Shown here: one piece after another, positions 49,569 through 60,059 of the stretch
Layout of the letters: every line of letters starts with the position of its first letter
Position numbering within the stretch: the first letter of the stretch is position 1
Source of the DNA: Candidatus Uhrbacteria bacterium
GTDB taxonomy: Bacteria; Patescibacteriota; Patescibacteriia; UBA9934; GWF2-40-263
Direction of reading: 5' to 3'
DNA length: 64,000 bases
NCBI GenBank assembly: GCA_014239775.1
Contig: JAAZYG010000022.1
Span: forward strand, 2,218-66,217
Notes under the pieces: model-generated
Seen by the model: the letters and a program-made list of their open reading frames with translations, nothing else
The model's database searches: none
What the model was told of the DNA's origin: nothing
Made by a program: the position numbers and the translations under genes

Positions 49569-50201
49569 ATGAGCAACGAATCAAGAAAAATAATATTAAT
49601 GGGTCCACAAGGAAGCGGTAAAGGCACTCAAGCAAAATTAATATCAGACAAACTTGGTATACCAGATTTTGCAATGGGGCAGTTAATAAGAGATGAAGTA
49701 TCTAATAAAACTGAGTTTGGAAAAAAATTAAATGAAATTATAATAAAGGGAGAGTTGGTTTCAGATGTAGATGCTGCAAATTTATTAAAATTACGCCTAC
49801 AAAGCAAAGATACAGAAAATGGCTATGTACTTGATGGCTATCCAAGAAATATGGATCAGTACAATGCATTTAATTTTGATAAACCAACGCATGTGATTTT
49901 AATTGACATACAAATTGAAGAATCTTTGCGTAGATTAGGTTCAAGGGTTACGTGTGATGTTTGTGGTCAGATAGATAGTCTTAAAAATGGTATTAATATA
50001 GGTGACAGTTGTGTGTGTGGAGGAATTTGGGTGCAAAGAGCAGATGATAAAAAAGAAGCTATCGAGCGAAGATTGGATATTTATAAAAAAGATACAGCAC
50101 CTGTAATTAACAAGTATGAAGAGCAAGGTGCGGTGTATAAAGTGGATGGATCAGGAAGTGTAGATAAGGTACATGATTTAATAATGAAAATAATTACATA
50201 A
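49569..50201 (+). CDS. adk: adenylate kinase (zinc-lid type)
   Basis: P-loop GPQGSGKGTQ and LID with CDVCG...CVCGG. The internal ATG is preferred because the track start overlaps the secY terminator. Confidence 0.9.
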   Translation: MSNESRKIILMGPQGSGKGTQAKLISDKLGIPDFAMGQLIRDEVSNKTEFGKKLNEIIIKGELVSDVDAANLLKLRLQSKDTENGYVLDGYPRNMDQYNAFNFDKPTHVILIDIQIEESLRRLGSRVTCDVCGQIDSLKNGINIGDSCVCGGIWVQRADDKKEAIERRLDIYKKDTAPVINKYEEQGAVYKVDGSGSVDKVHDLIMKIIT

Positions 50202-50202
50202 T

Positions 50203-50982
50203 ATGGCATTCACAAAAACAGAGGATGAAATTCAAAAAATGCGTGAGGGCGGTGCTTTACTTTCCAGTGCATTAAAAGCAGCTGTAGATGCAGTGAGACC
50301 AGGTATAAAAATAAATGAACTAGATAAAATAGGTGAAGAAGTGATTCTGGCTGGTGGAGGAAAACCTTCTTTTAAAGGATATAAAACAAGACCAACAGAC
50401 ACGCCATTTCCAAGTACAATATGTATTTCTATAAACAGTGAGGTTGTTCATGGGTGTGGAGATAGGGAAGTTGTATTACAAGAAGGTGATGTTGTTGGTC
50501 TAGATATAGGTTGCTGGTATAAGGGGTTGTGTACAGACATGGCTGTAACAGTTCCTGTAGGTGAAATATCAGACGATGTAAAAAAACTACTACAGGTTAC
50601 AAAGGAGTCTATGTATAAGGGGGTTGAGAACGCAAAAGTTGGAAACAATGTTAAAGATATTAGCCAGGCAATAGAAGATCATATTACTCCACATGAATAC
50701 GGTATTGTACGTGCACTTGTGGGTCATGGTGTTGGTCATGAAGTTCATGAGGCACCTCATGTTCCAAATTTTGTTTCAAAGATGTATAACAAAATTAAGT
50801 TGGTTGATGGTATGTGTATAGCAATAGAGCCAATGGTTGGACTTGGTGGTTCACACGAGATTGAGACAGCAGATGATGGTTGGGCAATTTTAATGAAAGA
50901 TGGTTCAATAAGTGGCCATTTTGAGGTGACAATTGCTATTACAAATAATGGAACAGAAATTTTAACACCGCTACCTGTTTAG
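50203..50982 (+). CDS. map: methionine aminopeptidase type I
   Basis: Metal ligands in VHG..D...D...H...E...E context (HGVGHEVHE). Confidence 0.9.
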   Translation: MAFTKTEDEIQKMREGGALLSSALKAAVDAVRPGIKINELDKIGEEVILAGGGKPSFKGYKTRPTDTPFPSTICISINSEVVHGCGDREVVLQEGDVVGLDIGCWYKGLCTDMAVTVPVGEISDDVKKLLQVTKESMYKGVENAKVGNNVKDISQAIEDHITPHEYGIVRALVGHGVGHEVHEAPHVPNFVSKMYNKIKLVDGMCIAIEPMVGLGGSHEIETADDGWAILMKDGSISGHFEVTIAITNNGTEILTPLPV

Positions 50983-50983
50983 T

Positions 50984-51376
50984 ATGAGAATATTAGGAAT
51001 TGATTATGGAGATAAAAAAATTGGATTAGCTTTCGGTGATAGTAGTATTGCTGTTGCGGTACCTCTTGATGTTGTGCCAAACATGGGAGATGAAACAATT
51101 AGAGTGTTTACTGAAAAAGTAAAAGAAGATGATATTGATGTAATAGTTGTCGGTACTCCACTTGCAACAGGCGACCATCATAATTCTGATCAGCTTAAGA
51201 AGACAAGAGATTTTATAGAAAAATTAAAAGTAGCAATAAATATTCCAGTAATAGAAGAAGATGAGGCATATACAACAGCAGAAAGCTTAAGGCTACAAAA
51301 AGAAGAAGGTGCTCAGGCACAAGAAGATGCGCTGGCAGCAATGTTGATAATACGTTCTTACATGGGAAGAAACTAA
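50984..51376 (+). CDS. ruvX: Holliday-junction resolvase-like RuvX/YqgF (pre-16S rRNA nuclease)
   Basis: MRILGIDYGDKKIGLAFGD is the RNase H-like YqgF N-terminus. Confidence 0.8.
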   Translation: MRILGIDYGDKKIGLAFGDSSIAVAVPLDVVPNMGDETIRVFTEKVKEDDIDVIVVGTPLATGDHHNSDQLKKTRDFIEKLKVAINIPVIEEDEAYTTAESLRLQKEEGAQAQEDALAAMLIIRSYMGRN

Positions 51377-51380
51377 AAAC

Positions 51381-52157
51381 ATGTCACTTATATATCAGAC
51401 AAAAGGAATTGTATTATCATCACGTGAGTTTCGTGAGTCAGATCGTTGGTACAAAGTGTATACACAAGATGGTGGAAAAGTAGAATTTTTAGCGCGTGGT
51501 GGCAGCAAATCTCTTGCAAAGCTGACTCCGCATTTAGAGATGGTTGCAGAGTCTGATTTTATGTTAGTTCAAGGCAGGCATTATAAAATACTAGCCGGTG
51601 TTGAGCGAAGAAGGTCTTTTGCAAACATATACGACAATTTATTTAAAATGACATTAGCCAAGAACGCACTTCATCTTGTAGATATTGGTACGTGTGCTGA
51701 CGAAGATGATTCAGCTGTGTATGAGTTGCTAAAAAACTGGCTAAATTTTATTAATGAAACAAATGAGTTTAGTAGAGGAAGAGCAAGTTTTTTATTAGGT
51801 TCATTTGCATGGAATTTAATGGCAATAACAGGGTATCTTCCAGAATTACACCGATGTCTGTCGTGTAGAGATGCTATCCAGGGGGGTATGTATAAATGGC
51901 ACGGTTTACGTGGAGGGGTGGTTTGTGAAAGATGTATAGACAAAAATACTGAACATTGGTTTGCGTCACGTCAAATATCAGATCAGACAATAAAGTTAAT
52001 AAGGTTTTCTTTGCAAGAATCATTTATAAATCAATTAAATCCTCACATAAGCGGACAGTTGTTGGATGATTTTCATGAAGTCACAGAGTCGTTTATTGTG
52101 TCTCATTTCCCAACGATTCCAGCAAATTCAATCCGAGCAAGTTGCTCATTAATATAA
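51381..52157 (+). CDS. recO: DNA repair protein RecO
   Basis: N-terminal OB-fold and C-terminal zinc motif CLSCRD...CERC. Confidence 0.75.
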   Translation: MSLIYQTKGIVLSSREFRESDRWYKVYTQDGGKVEFLARGGSKSLAKLTPHLEMVAESDFMLVQGRHYKILAGVERRRSFANIYDNLFKMTLAKNALHLVDIGTCADEDDSAVYELLKNWLNFINETNEFSRGRASFLLGSFAWNLMAITGYLPELHRCLSCRDAIQGGMYKWHGLRGGVVCERCIDKNTEHWFASRQISDQTIKLIRFSLQESFINQLNPHISGQLLDDFHEVTESFIVSHFPTIPANSIRASCSLI

Positions 52158-52210
52158 GGTTGAAAGTATTCAGATTATTGTCTAAACTAGAATGTGTTAT
52201 AGAAAAAATT

Positions 52211-53509
52211 ATGATTGAAACTACAATTTCTGACATATCAGAACATATAGGTGAGCAAGTAAAACTAAGTGGATGGGCGTATAATTTTCGTTCTAGTGGC
52301 AAAATATTCTTTCTACAGTTAAGGGACGGTACGGGTCGTATACAGGCTGTATATGTAAAAAATGACTTAACAGATGAACAGTGGGATAGATTACAAGACA
52401 TAAACATAGAATCATCTATACGTGTTATTGGTACTGTAAAACAGGACGATCGATCACCAACCGGATTTGAGTTGGGTGGTATGGACATAGAAATAATAAA
52501 TCTTTCAAAAGATGATTATCCTATTAGCAAAAAAGAACATGGACCAGATTTCTTGCTAGATAACAGGCATCTTTGGTTAAGATCAAATAAACAGTGGGCG
52601 ATCCAAAAAATTAGAAATACAATCATTCAGTCTACATACGAGTACATGAATGATAATGGTTTTATAAAATTTGATTCTCCTATTTTAACACCGAGCGCTT
52701 GTGAGGGAACAACAGAATTATTTGAAGTAGAATATTTCGATAGTGGAAATGCTTATTTGTCGCAGTCAGGACAGCTTTATTTAGAGGCGGGTATAATGAG
52801 CTTAAGAAGATGTTTTGATTTTGGTCCAGTATTTCGAGCTGAGAAATCTAAAACAAGAAGGCACTTAACTGAGTTTTGGATGATGGATGCAGAAGCTGCT
52901 TTTGTTGGTCATGATGAAAACATAAAAATTCAAGAAGAACTAATTATAAAAATAGTTAAAGATGTTTTAGAAAAAAATTCAGATGAATTAAAGGCTCTAG
53001 AACGAGATGTTGAACCATTGAAAAAAGTTAAAGCACCATTTATAAGATTGACTTATAAAGATGCAATTACAAAATTACAAGAATTGGGCAGTGACATTGG
53101 TGACTCTGATGATCTGGGTGCAGATGATGAGACAATGCTTACAAAAGAGTATGAGAAACCAATCTTCATAGAGCGGTATCCTGCAGAAGTAAAAGCCTTT
53201 TACATGAAACGTGATCCAGAAAATCCAGCACTAGTATTGAATAACGACTTATTAGCACCAGAGGGTTATGGTGAAATCATAGGTGGATCAGAAAGGGAAG
53301 ACAACTATGATGAATTGTTAGAGCGCATAAAAGAAGACGGCTTGCCACTCGAAGAGTTTCAATGGTATCTAGATTTAAGACGTTATGGATCAGTTCAGCA
53401 TTCAGGTTTTGGTTACGGTCTTGAGCGTATAGTAACTTGGATATGTGGCATACATCACCTAAGAGAAACAATTCCTTTCCCAAGAATGATTAATAGAAAA
53501 ACACCATAA
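52211..53509 (+). CDS. asnS: asparaginyl-tRNA synthetase
   Basis: Class IIb anticodon-binding OB domain, motif 2 FRAEKSKTRRHLTEFWMMD and motif 3 GFGYGLERIVTW. C-terminus IPFPRM. Confidence 0.85.
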   Translation: MIETTISDISEHIGEQVKLSGWAYNFRSSGKIFFLQLRDGTGRIQAVYVKNDLTDEQWDRLQDINIESSIRVIGTVKQDDRSPTGFELGGMDIEIINLSKDDYPISKKEHGPDFLLDNRHLWLRSNKQWAIQKIRNTIIQSTYEYMNDNGFIKFDSPILTPSACEGTTELFEVEYFDSGNAYLSQSGQLYLEAGIMSLRRCFDFGPVFRAEKSKTRRHLTEFWMMDAEAAFVGHDENIKIQEELIIKIVKDVLEKNSDELKALERDVEPLKKVKAPFIRLTYKDAITKLQELGSDIGDSDDLGADDETMLTKEYEKPIFIERYPAEVKAFYMKRDPENPALVLNNDLLAPEGYGEIIGGSEREDNYDELLERIKEDGLPLEEFQWYLDLRRYGSVQHSGFGYGLERIVTWICGIHHLRETIPFPRMINRKTP

Positions 53510-53511
53510 AT

Positions 53512-54915
53512 ATGAAACGTACATGGATTAAAAATACAACTGATAAAATAGGCGAAACTATTAGAATAAACGGCTGGGTTAATACCATACGAGAAATGGG
53601 AGATAATTTGTTGTTTATTGATTTACGTGATGGAACAGGATTGGTTCAGCTTGTTTGTTATAAACCAGACATGGATGAGGCAACAATTGAAATTGTGCAT
53701 TCATTAAAATCAGAATTTGTTTTAGAGGCAATAGGTGAAGTAAAGAAGCGTGGCGAAAAACAGATTAACACTGATTTGGAAACAGGCACTATCGAGGTTG
53801 GTGTAACATCAATTAAAATTTTAAATAAATCTAAGACACCTCCATTTGAAATAGATAAGGACACATCGTCTGTAAATGAGGAGCTAAGAATGAAATATAG
53901 ATATCTAGATCTTAGGACAAAAAGAATGCAGAGAAATATAAGAACAAGAGATAGTATCATAACTTTTTTGCGTGGGTATATGCATGAGAATGATTTTGTT
54001 GAAATAGAGACACCTATTTTAATGAAGGGTACGCCAGAAGGTGCTAGGGAATTTATGGTTCCAGCAAGGCTACATCCCGGAAAATTTTATGTACTTCCAC
54101 AATCACCACAGCAATTTAAACAATTAGCAATGGTTGCTGGTTTTGAAAGATACTTTCAATTAGCACGTTGTTTTAGAGATGAGGATCAGAGAGGTGACAG
54201 ACAGCCAGAGTTTACGCAGCTTGATTTTGAAATGTCATTTGTAACACGTAATGAAGTGCTGGACTATACAGAAAAAATGTTTATTGCAATGATTGAAAAA
54301 TTATTTCCTGAGAAAAAAATCACATCAAAACCTTTTCCACGTTTAACTCATGCTGAATCAATTAAAAAATATGGTACAGACAAACCAGACTTAAGGGAGA
54401 ATAAAGATGATCCAAATGAATTGGCTTTTGGTTGGGTGGTAGACTTTCCAATGTTTGAAACATTAGAAGATGGGACAATTCAGTCAATGCATCATCCGTT
54501 CTGTGCAATTCATCCTGAAGATATTCAAAAATTAGATTCAGACCCAATGAGTGTTAGAGCAGATGCATATGATTTATTTCTAAACGGGTATGAGTTATCA
54601 AGTGGTAGTATAAGAATTCACGAAAGAGAAATGCAGAAAAAGATTTTTGATATTTTGGGTATATCACCTAAGGAACAAGAAGAGAAATTTGGACATATGC
54701 TTGAGGCGTTTTAGTTCGGTGCGCCACCACATGGTGGATTTGCTCCGGGCATTGATCGAATAGTAATGTTAATGGTAAACGAACCAAATATAAGAGAAGT
54801 TATACCATTTGCTAAAACTGGTGATGCTAGGGACCCAATGATGGGCGCACCTTCAGTGCTTGAGGATAAGAGATTGTCAGAAGTTCATATACAAAAAATT
54901 AATAAAAAAAGCTAA
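53512..54915 (+). pseudogene. aspS: aspartyl-tRNA synthetase interrupted by one in-frame TAG at 54712-54714 (frame unchanged)
   Basis: Upstream part carries the OB domain, motif 2 FRDEDQRGDRQPEFTQLDFEMSF and the flipping-loop region. After TAG the same frame continues [19 protein letters not shown]...IPFAKT (motif 3). The TAG sits where homologs have Lys/Tyr (..ALKYGTPPHAG..). Confidence 0.6.
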
Positions 54916-54954
54916 TATTAGCTAAAAAAACCAGATTATATTTATGGTTTTTTT
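54910..54954 (+). terminator. terminator region after aspS (AGCTAATATTAGCT palindrome plus AAAAAAACCA..TGGTTTTTTT hairpin)
   Basis: Two adjacent inverted repeats followed by a T-run. Confidence 0.45.
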
Positions 54955-54989
54955 ATTTTGATCAAAGCGTAAATTTAGGTTAAAATAAC

Positions 54990-55691
54990 ATGGATATGTC
55001 TTTTGAAGTGAAACTAAATCAATACGCAGGACCTTTACAAGTCCTACTTGAATTAATAGAAAAAGATGAGTTACCAATCACAGAGGTGTCACTTGCAGAA
55101 GTGACAGATGATTATATTCGCCATGTAAATAAACATCAACCAGATTCAGATGAATTGGCTGATTTTATTGTAATAGCATCGAGATTACTTTTAATTAAAT
55201 CACGCGCCATCCTACCATCAGTTGAAGAGGAAGAAGTACCTGAATCAACATTGGCACTTCAGCTGCGTTTGTATAAATTATTTGTTGATGCATCAAACAA
55301 TTTAAGCGCACTTCATCAGAGTGACAATGAATCATTTTCACGCTTAAAATCAGATGTGATTAAAAAACCAAATTTTAATTTTCCAGAAGGTCTTACTGTA
55401 GATTCATTAGAGAAAAGTTTTATCATTTTATTAAAAAGACTGGAGCCATATTTTAGTTTAAAAAGAGTGGCATTAGAAAGAATTGCAACAGTTCAAGAAA
55501 GAATGAAGGAAATACACGATTCAATTTTAGACAGATCCAGACTAACCTTTAAATACATGATTACAAAGAGTCGTTCCAAAGTTGATATAGTTGTAAGTTT
55601 TTTAGCACTTCTTGAGTTGGTAAAACAAAATATTATCCATACAGTTCAATCAGACACATTTTCAGACATAGAAATAAAACGTATAGATTAA
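54990..55691 (+). CDS. scpA: segregation and condensation protein A
   Basis: N-terminal FEVKLNQYAGPLQVLLELIEKDEL is the ScpA signature. Confidence 0.8.
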   Translation: MDMSFEVKLNQYAGPLQVLLELIEKDELPITEVSLAEVTDDYIRHVNKHQPDSDELADFIVIASRLLLIKSRAILPSVEEEEVPESTLALQLRLYKLFVDASNNLSALHQSDNESFSRLKSDVIKKPNFNFPEGLTVDSLEKSFIILLKRLEPYFSLKRVALERIATVQERMKEIHDSILDRSRLTFKYMITKSRSKVDIVVSFLALLELVKQNIIHTVQSDTFSDIEIKRID

Positions 55692-55693
55692 TT

Positions 55694-56242
55694 ATGATCG
55701 TAACAAAACTAGAAGCAATTTTATTTGCAATAGCAAAACCCATATCAATAAAAAAATTATCTAAGCAACTAGATGTTTCACAAGAGATTATTATTCAATC
55801 AATAGAAGATGTGAAGATAAGATTTAATACACCAGAATCAGGAATACATTTAATCGAACAAGATGGTGATATTCAATTTACAACAAATCCAGTGTCATCT
55901 AAGGATGTTGCATTATTTTTAAAGCAGGCAGAAAGTGGTCCGCTAACCAGACCTTCGTTGGAGGCGCTTACAGTCATTGCATATAGAGGTCCAATAACAA
56001 AACCAGAAATTGAACAAATCAGAGGAATAAACTGCAGTCTTATAATCAGAAATTTATTAATACGAGGTCTGATTGATGAAAAAGAGGACAGGGAACGACT
56101 TCAGCCAGTTTACAGTTTATCTATGAAATTTATAAAAACATTGGGAATAAACAAAATAAGTGATTTACCAGAGTATGAGTCATTTAATAGTAATGAGCAG
56201 ATTGATAATTTAATAGAGCAGACAAATACAGAAGACGCATGA
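55694..56242 (+). CDS. scpB: segregation and condensation protein B
   Basis: Tandem winged-helix pattern LEAILFA...LEALTVIAYRGPITKPEIEQIRG. Confidence 0.8.
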   Translation: MIVTKLEAILFAIAKPISIKKLSKQLDVSQEIIIQSIEDVKIRFNTPESGIHLIEQDGDIQFTTNPVSSKDVALFLKQAESGPLTRPSLEALTVIAYRGPITKPEIEQIRGINCSLIIRNLLIRGLIDEKEDRERLQPVYSLSMKFIKTLGINKISDLPEYESFNSNEQIDNLIEQTNTEDA

Positions 56243-57204
56243 TTATAAAATTATTAACACAAGCAGTAATTGCCACAACGCTACTTAATTTATTTCCAGT
56301 TGATGCAAAAGACTTGGAACAATTAGTACAAAATGGTGAGAACATAGAGGTATCAACATACACAGCCTTTGATTTTAAGGATGCCAATTCTTTAAGTTCA
56401 AATATAGTAGAAACAGCGCCTGTAAAAGTAAAAAAGAACAGCATGGGGGTTGTAACAAGTGCTGTTAGTGCGGTTGTTGTTGATCAGAAAACAAATACTA
56501 TATTATTTAAAAAAAATATAGATGCACCACGTTCAATTGGTAGTATCACAAAACTAATGACAGCACATGTATTTTTAAAAACGCAGCCAGATTTAGAAAA
56601 AACAATAAAATTAATTTATAAGGATTTACAGTTTGGGGGAACACAGCATTTATCTATGGAGGATGAATATAAAATTAAGGATATCTTAATGGCTAGTTTA
56701 ATAAGTTCTGATAATACAGCAACTCAAGCCCTTGTGCGTCTTTCTAATTTGAATCAAGGTGATTTTATTGCAGCAATGAATGAAGAAGCTGCAAATATGG
56801 GTATGCAGAGAACGACTTTTGTTGATGCAACTGGTCTTTCATCAAAAAACCAATCTGTAGTTACAGATATTGTTAAGATGCTAAATGCAATAAGTAAAAA
56901 TGAAATCATTACAAATGCAACACAAAAAAGTAATACGATAATATATGGTTTATCTGGTGATTCATTCAATTTAAAAAATACAAATGAGTTATTAACTACT
57001 TTTATAAATTCAGATCCGTATCAAATAGAGCTTGCAAAAACAGGTTTTCTACCAGAGGCTGGTTATTGTTTAGGCTCAGTTTTTTCAAATAAAAATAAGG
57101 ATAGAATACTTATTGTAGTTTTAGGATCAGATTCTAAAGATGGACGTTTTCAAGATGTGAAATCCTTAGCTGTTTGGTCATATAATACTTATAGTTGGAA
57201 TTAA
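56239..57204 (+). CDS. D-alanyl-D-alanine carboxypeptidase (peptidase S11, PBP5-like)
   Basis: SITK (SxxK), SSDN (SxN) and KTGF (KTG) motifs in the correct order and spacing. Confidence 0.75.
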   Translation: MIIKLLTQAVIATTLLNLFPVDAKDLEQLVQNGENIEVSTYTAFDFKDANSLSSNIVETAPVKVKKNSMGVVTSAVSAVVVDQKTNTILFKKNIDAPRSIGSITKLMTAHVFLKTQPDLEKTIKLIYKDLQFGGTQHLSMEDEYKIKDILMASLISSDNTATQALVRLSNLNQGDFIAAMNEEAANMGMQRTTFVDATGLSSKNQSVVTDIVKMLNAISKNEIITNATQKSNTIIYGLSGDSFNLKNTNELLTTFINSDPYQIELAKTGFLPEAGYCLGSVFSNKNKDRILIVVLGSDSKDGRFQDVKSLAVWSYNTYSWN

Positions 57205-57699
57205 ATGACTGATATAATAGTAAACATTTTTAGTAAGTTGAGTTTAGAGGTGGCAACAGTATTGCTGGCAACTTTACCATTTACAGAATTGAGAGCTTCT
57301 ATACCTGTGGCGATTACTGTGTTTGGATTTAGTGCTATTAAGGCAACATTACTTTCATTTATTGGAAATATAATACCAATATTTTTGATATTACTATTTT
57401 TACCATCTATAGTAAGATTTGCCGAAAAGAATTCACAATTACTAAAAGTATTTTTAGATAAATACTTTAGGACTCTTGAAAAAAAATATAAATACAAATA
57501 TGAAAAGTATGGATCTGTAATTTTATTTGCATTTGTGGCAGTTCCTCTTCCAGGGTCAGGGGCATGGACCGCATCTATATTGGCTGTTTTATTTAAAATA
57601 AGACCAAAATATAGTATACCAAGCATAATTGCTGGATTATTTATTTCAGCAATATTGGTTTTATATATAACTAGGGGTGGAATAGTATTGTTTACGTAG
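57205..57699 (+). CDS. small membrane protein, putative small multidrug-export family
   Basis: 4 TM helices with VPLPGSGAWTASILA motif. Confidence 0.45.
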   Translation: MTDIIVNIFSKLSLEVATVLLATLPFTELRASIPVAITVFGFSAIKATLLSFIGNIIPIFLILLFLPSIVRFAEKNSQLLKVFLDKYFRTLEKKYKYKYEKYGSVILFAFVAVPLPGSGAWTASILAVLFKIRPKYSIPSIIAGLFISAILVLYITRGGIVLFT

Positions 57700-57700
57700 T

Positions 57701-58876
57701 ATGTTAATAGCTATAGATGCAACTACAATTTGTGATAATGATGGCGGTGTTGGTGCAGGAATCGAACATTATACATGGTCAATAGTATTTAATCTTATCA
57801 GGTTAAATACTTCACATAAATTTTTAATTATTATTCCAAAAGAATTTTCAGTAATCAGACGCAATCAACTAATGGAAGGCGTTGATAGGGTGGAGTGTAT
57901 GGAAATACTTGGACCAAAAATAAAGTTTTTAAGTAGGCATGTTGTTTTACCTTTAATCTTCTTGTTTAAAAAGGTAGATGTATTATTTTCACCATTTGGG
58001 CAAATACCATTATTCTTTAGGGGTAAAAGCATAATAACAATTCATGATGTAATGATATATACAAATCCAGAATGGTTTAATGAAGAGCAAAAAAAAGAAT
58101 TTTCAACAAGAATCGTTGTACCAAATTCAATTGAAAAAGCAGATAATATTATTTGTGTTTCAAATGCAACAAAGATTGCATTAAATAACTTATTTCCAAT
58201 AACAATAGAAAAGTCTGTGGTTGTCTATGAAGGAGTGAGTGTTCCTTATGCTGAAGAGGTGAATATTGTAAATGACAGATTTCCTTTTGATAAAGATTAT
58301 GTTTTATTTTTGGGAACAGTAGAACCAAGGAAGAATTTAGTGAATGCATTTAAAGCGTTTAATAAATTTTTAGAGGATCACATCGAGCAAGTTGATAATG
58401 TTAGATTTATTGTTGCAGGAAGACGTGGTTGGAAAACAGAGGAAGTAGATAATATGCTAATGAAAGTTAATAAAAAATGGTCACATATTGAGCCAAATGG
58501 TGTGATTCAGTTTTTAGGTGCTGTTACAGAAGAAGAAAAGTGGATTTTATTGAGACGTGCATCAGTTTTAATTTTTACTTCATTTGGCGAAGGGTTTGGG
58601 CTACCTATTTTAGAGGCTATGAGTGTTGGTGTGCCCGTAATAAGTAGCAGGGAGGGGTCGCTTGAAGAGATAGGTGGCGATGTTCCAATATATACGGATC
58701 CAGAAGATTTGGAGGCAATGTCCTTTGCAATTGCACAGTGCTTACTTTTACCAGAAGGTGTAGTTAATTTAAGGAATGATGGGTACAGACATGTAGAAAA
58801 ATATAATTGGAAGGATACAGCAAAAAAGACACTTAAAATTATTCAAGAAACAAAAAACTTTCCAGAAGGAAAGTGA
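57701..58876 (+). CDS. GT4-family glycosyltransferase
   Basis: C-terminal EGFGLPILEAMSVGVPVISS (E-x7-E region) typical of GT-B GT4 enzymes. Confidence 0.8.
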   Translation: MLIAIDATTICDNDGGVGAGIEHYTWSIVFNLIRLNTSHKFLIIIPKEFSVIRRNQLMEGVDRVECMEILGPKIKFLSRHVVLPLIFLFKKVDVLFSPFGQIPLFFRGKSIITIHDVMIYTNPEWFNEEQKKEFSTRIVVPNSIEKADNIICVSNATKIALNNLFPITIEKSVVVYEGVSVPYAEEVNIVNDRFPFDKDYVLFLGTVEPRKNLVNAFKAFNKFLEDHIEQVDNVRFIVAGRRGWKTEEVDNMLMKVNKKWSHIEPNGVIQFLGAVTEEEKWILLRRASVLIFTSFGEGFGLPILEAMSVGVPVISSREGSLEEIGGDVPIYTDPEDLEAMSFAIAQCLLLPEGVVNLRNDGYRHVEKYNWKDTAKKTLKIIQETKNFPEGK

Positions 58877-58878
58877 TT

Positions 58879-59343
58879 TTATAGCTTTGTTTGTAAATAT
58901 GCTATGAGAACTATTTGAGCAAGTAATGCATAGTATAATGGGACATCACCCTTTCGTTTTACAAAGAAATCATGGAAAAAAAAGTGCAATTTATTAAACC
59001 ACTCAAGAAGAGGTGTTTTTGTTATTTCATATACTCCGATTATTAAATCTGGCAGCACACTTCCTACTATACCCCAGCTAAAAGTATTCATTGATGCAAT
59101 GTCACGAGTATTGGCAAGTATTAATACAAAAAATAACGCAATAATTCCATCTATCACCACATATGCTACTGCACGTTTTCTGTTAACTTTATGTATTTTA
59201 TAATTATCCGCTAGTCCTGTATCACCATGGGGCACCATATCAATAGCAAAATGCGATATGAACCCTAAAATAAAAGCCCATACAGGATTTCCCACAGCAT
59301 GGCCTATTACAGCACCTAATGTTGCATGAGTTGTAAGTGTCAT
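58879..59343 (-). CDS. membrane-bound metal-dependent hydrolase (YdjM/DUF457-like)
   Basis: Small polytopic protein with conserved His/Asp positions (HFAIDMVPHGD). Confidence 0.45.
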   Translation of the reverse strand: MTLTTHATLGAVIGHAVGNPVWAFILGFISHFAIDMVPHGDTGLADNYKIHKVNRKRAVAYVVIDGIIALFFVLILANTRDIASMNTFSWGIVGSVLPDLIIGVYEITKTPLLEWFNKLHFFFHDFFVKRKGDVPLYYALLAQIVLIAYLQTKL

Positions 59344-59427
59344 AAGTCACGAAGATTATAGCATGTAGGTGCTCTTGTTGCCAGATATAGGCATTTTTGT
59401 TAACATTTTATCCGCTAGCAAAAATTA

Positions 59428-59512
59428 GCCGATGTGGCGGAACTGGTATACGCGCACGACTCAAAATCGTGTGAGGAAACTCATGTGGGTTCGATCCCCA
59501 CCATCGGCACCA
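59428..59512 (+). tRNA. tRNA-Leu (anticodon CAA), type II with long variable arm, encoded CCA
   Basis: Acceptor GCCGATG/CATCGGC, anticodon stem CACGA/TCGTG with loop CTCAAAA, variable hairpin TGAG-GAAA-CTCA, T-arm GTGGG-TTCGATC-CCCAC. Confidence 0.85.
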
Positions 59513-59513
59513 A

Positions 59514-59548
59514 ACTAAAATCCGCAGCTTGCCTGCGGATTTTAGTTT
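59514..59548. terminator. bidirectional terminator CTAAAATCCGCAGcttgcCTGCGGATTTTAG
   Basis: Perfect 13-bp stem with A/T-rich ends, immediately after tRNA-Leu. Confidence 0.6.
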
Positions 59549-59596
59549 GGTGGGGAGGTTATGCAAGAAGAAATGTATTTATTTGGTTTTTAATTT

Positions 59597-59794
59597 TTAT
59601 TTTCGAAATGATTTTAGTCGTGTAATAATTCCAATAATAATACCTAGATATATAAAAATATTTCCAATAGGTATTAATCCAAATGGCTCAATAAGTCTTC
59701 CGTCTACAGCAACTTCTGACCCTATGATTTTAAAGGTTATTATGGAGGAGATCCCCAATAATATCAGTGTAATTGATATCCAGTATTTTTTCAT
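59597..59794 (-). CDS. hypothetical small hydrophobic protein (65 aa)
   Basis: Two predicted TM helices. Bracketed by two strong terminators. No clear SD sequence. Confidence 0.3.
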   Translation of the reverse strand: MKKYWISITLILLGISSIITFKIIGSEVAVDGRLIEPFGLIPIGNIFIYLGIIIGIITRLKSFRK

Positions 59795-59830
59795 AACATA
59801 AGTAGAATAATTCTATCACTCTAAACAGCA

Positions 59831-59867
59831 CAACACAAAAACCGCAGACATGCTGCGGCTTTTGTGT
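59831..59867. terminator. bidirectional terminator CAACACAAAAaCCGCAGacatgCTGCGGcTTTTGTGTTG
   Basis: Long inverted repeat directly 3' of the minus-strand tRNA-Met. Confidence 0.55.
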
Positions 59868-59944
59868 TGGTGGCTGGAGTGGGTCTCGAACCCACGACCT
59901 CGGGCTTATGAGTCCCGCGCTCTAACCGACTGAGCTACCCAGCC
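59868..59944 (-). tRNA. tRNA-Met (CAT), elongator-type (G1:C72); tRNA-Ile2 (lysidine) cannot be excluded
   Basis: Reverse complement is GGCTGGGTAGCTCAGTCGGTTAGAGCGCGGGACTCATAAGCCCGAGGTCGTGGGTTCGAGACCCACTCCAGCCACCA, a good cloverleaf with CCA encoded. Confidence 0.8.
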
Positions 59945-60059
59945 TTTTCTAACAAACGACGAAAGAATAACAAAAATAAGAGAATTTTGCAAGGAGAGCT
60001 TTCTCTAAAAGTTTGATGTTTTTTATTTGATTTAAGCTTTTTTTTTGTGCTATATTGGC

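Noticed and set aside
59434-59625. 63-aa ORF in the track overlapping tRNA-Leu and its terminator
   Set aside because: It is fully explained by the tRNA-Leu gene plus the inverted-repeat terminator. It starts on a GTG inside the acceptor stem and has low-complexity composition.
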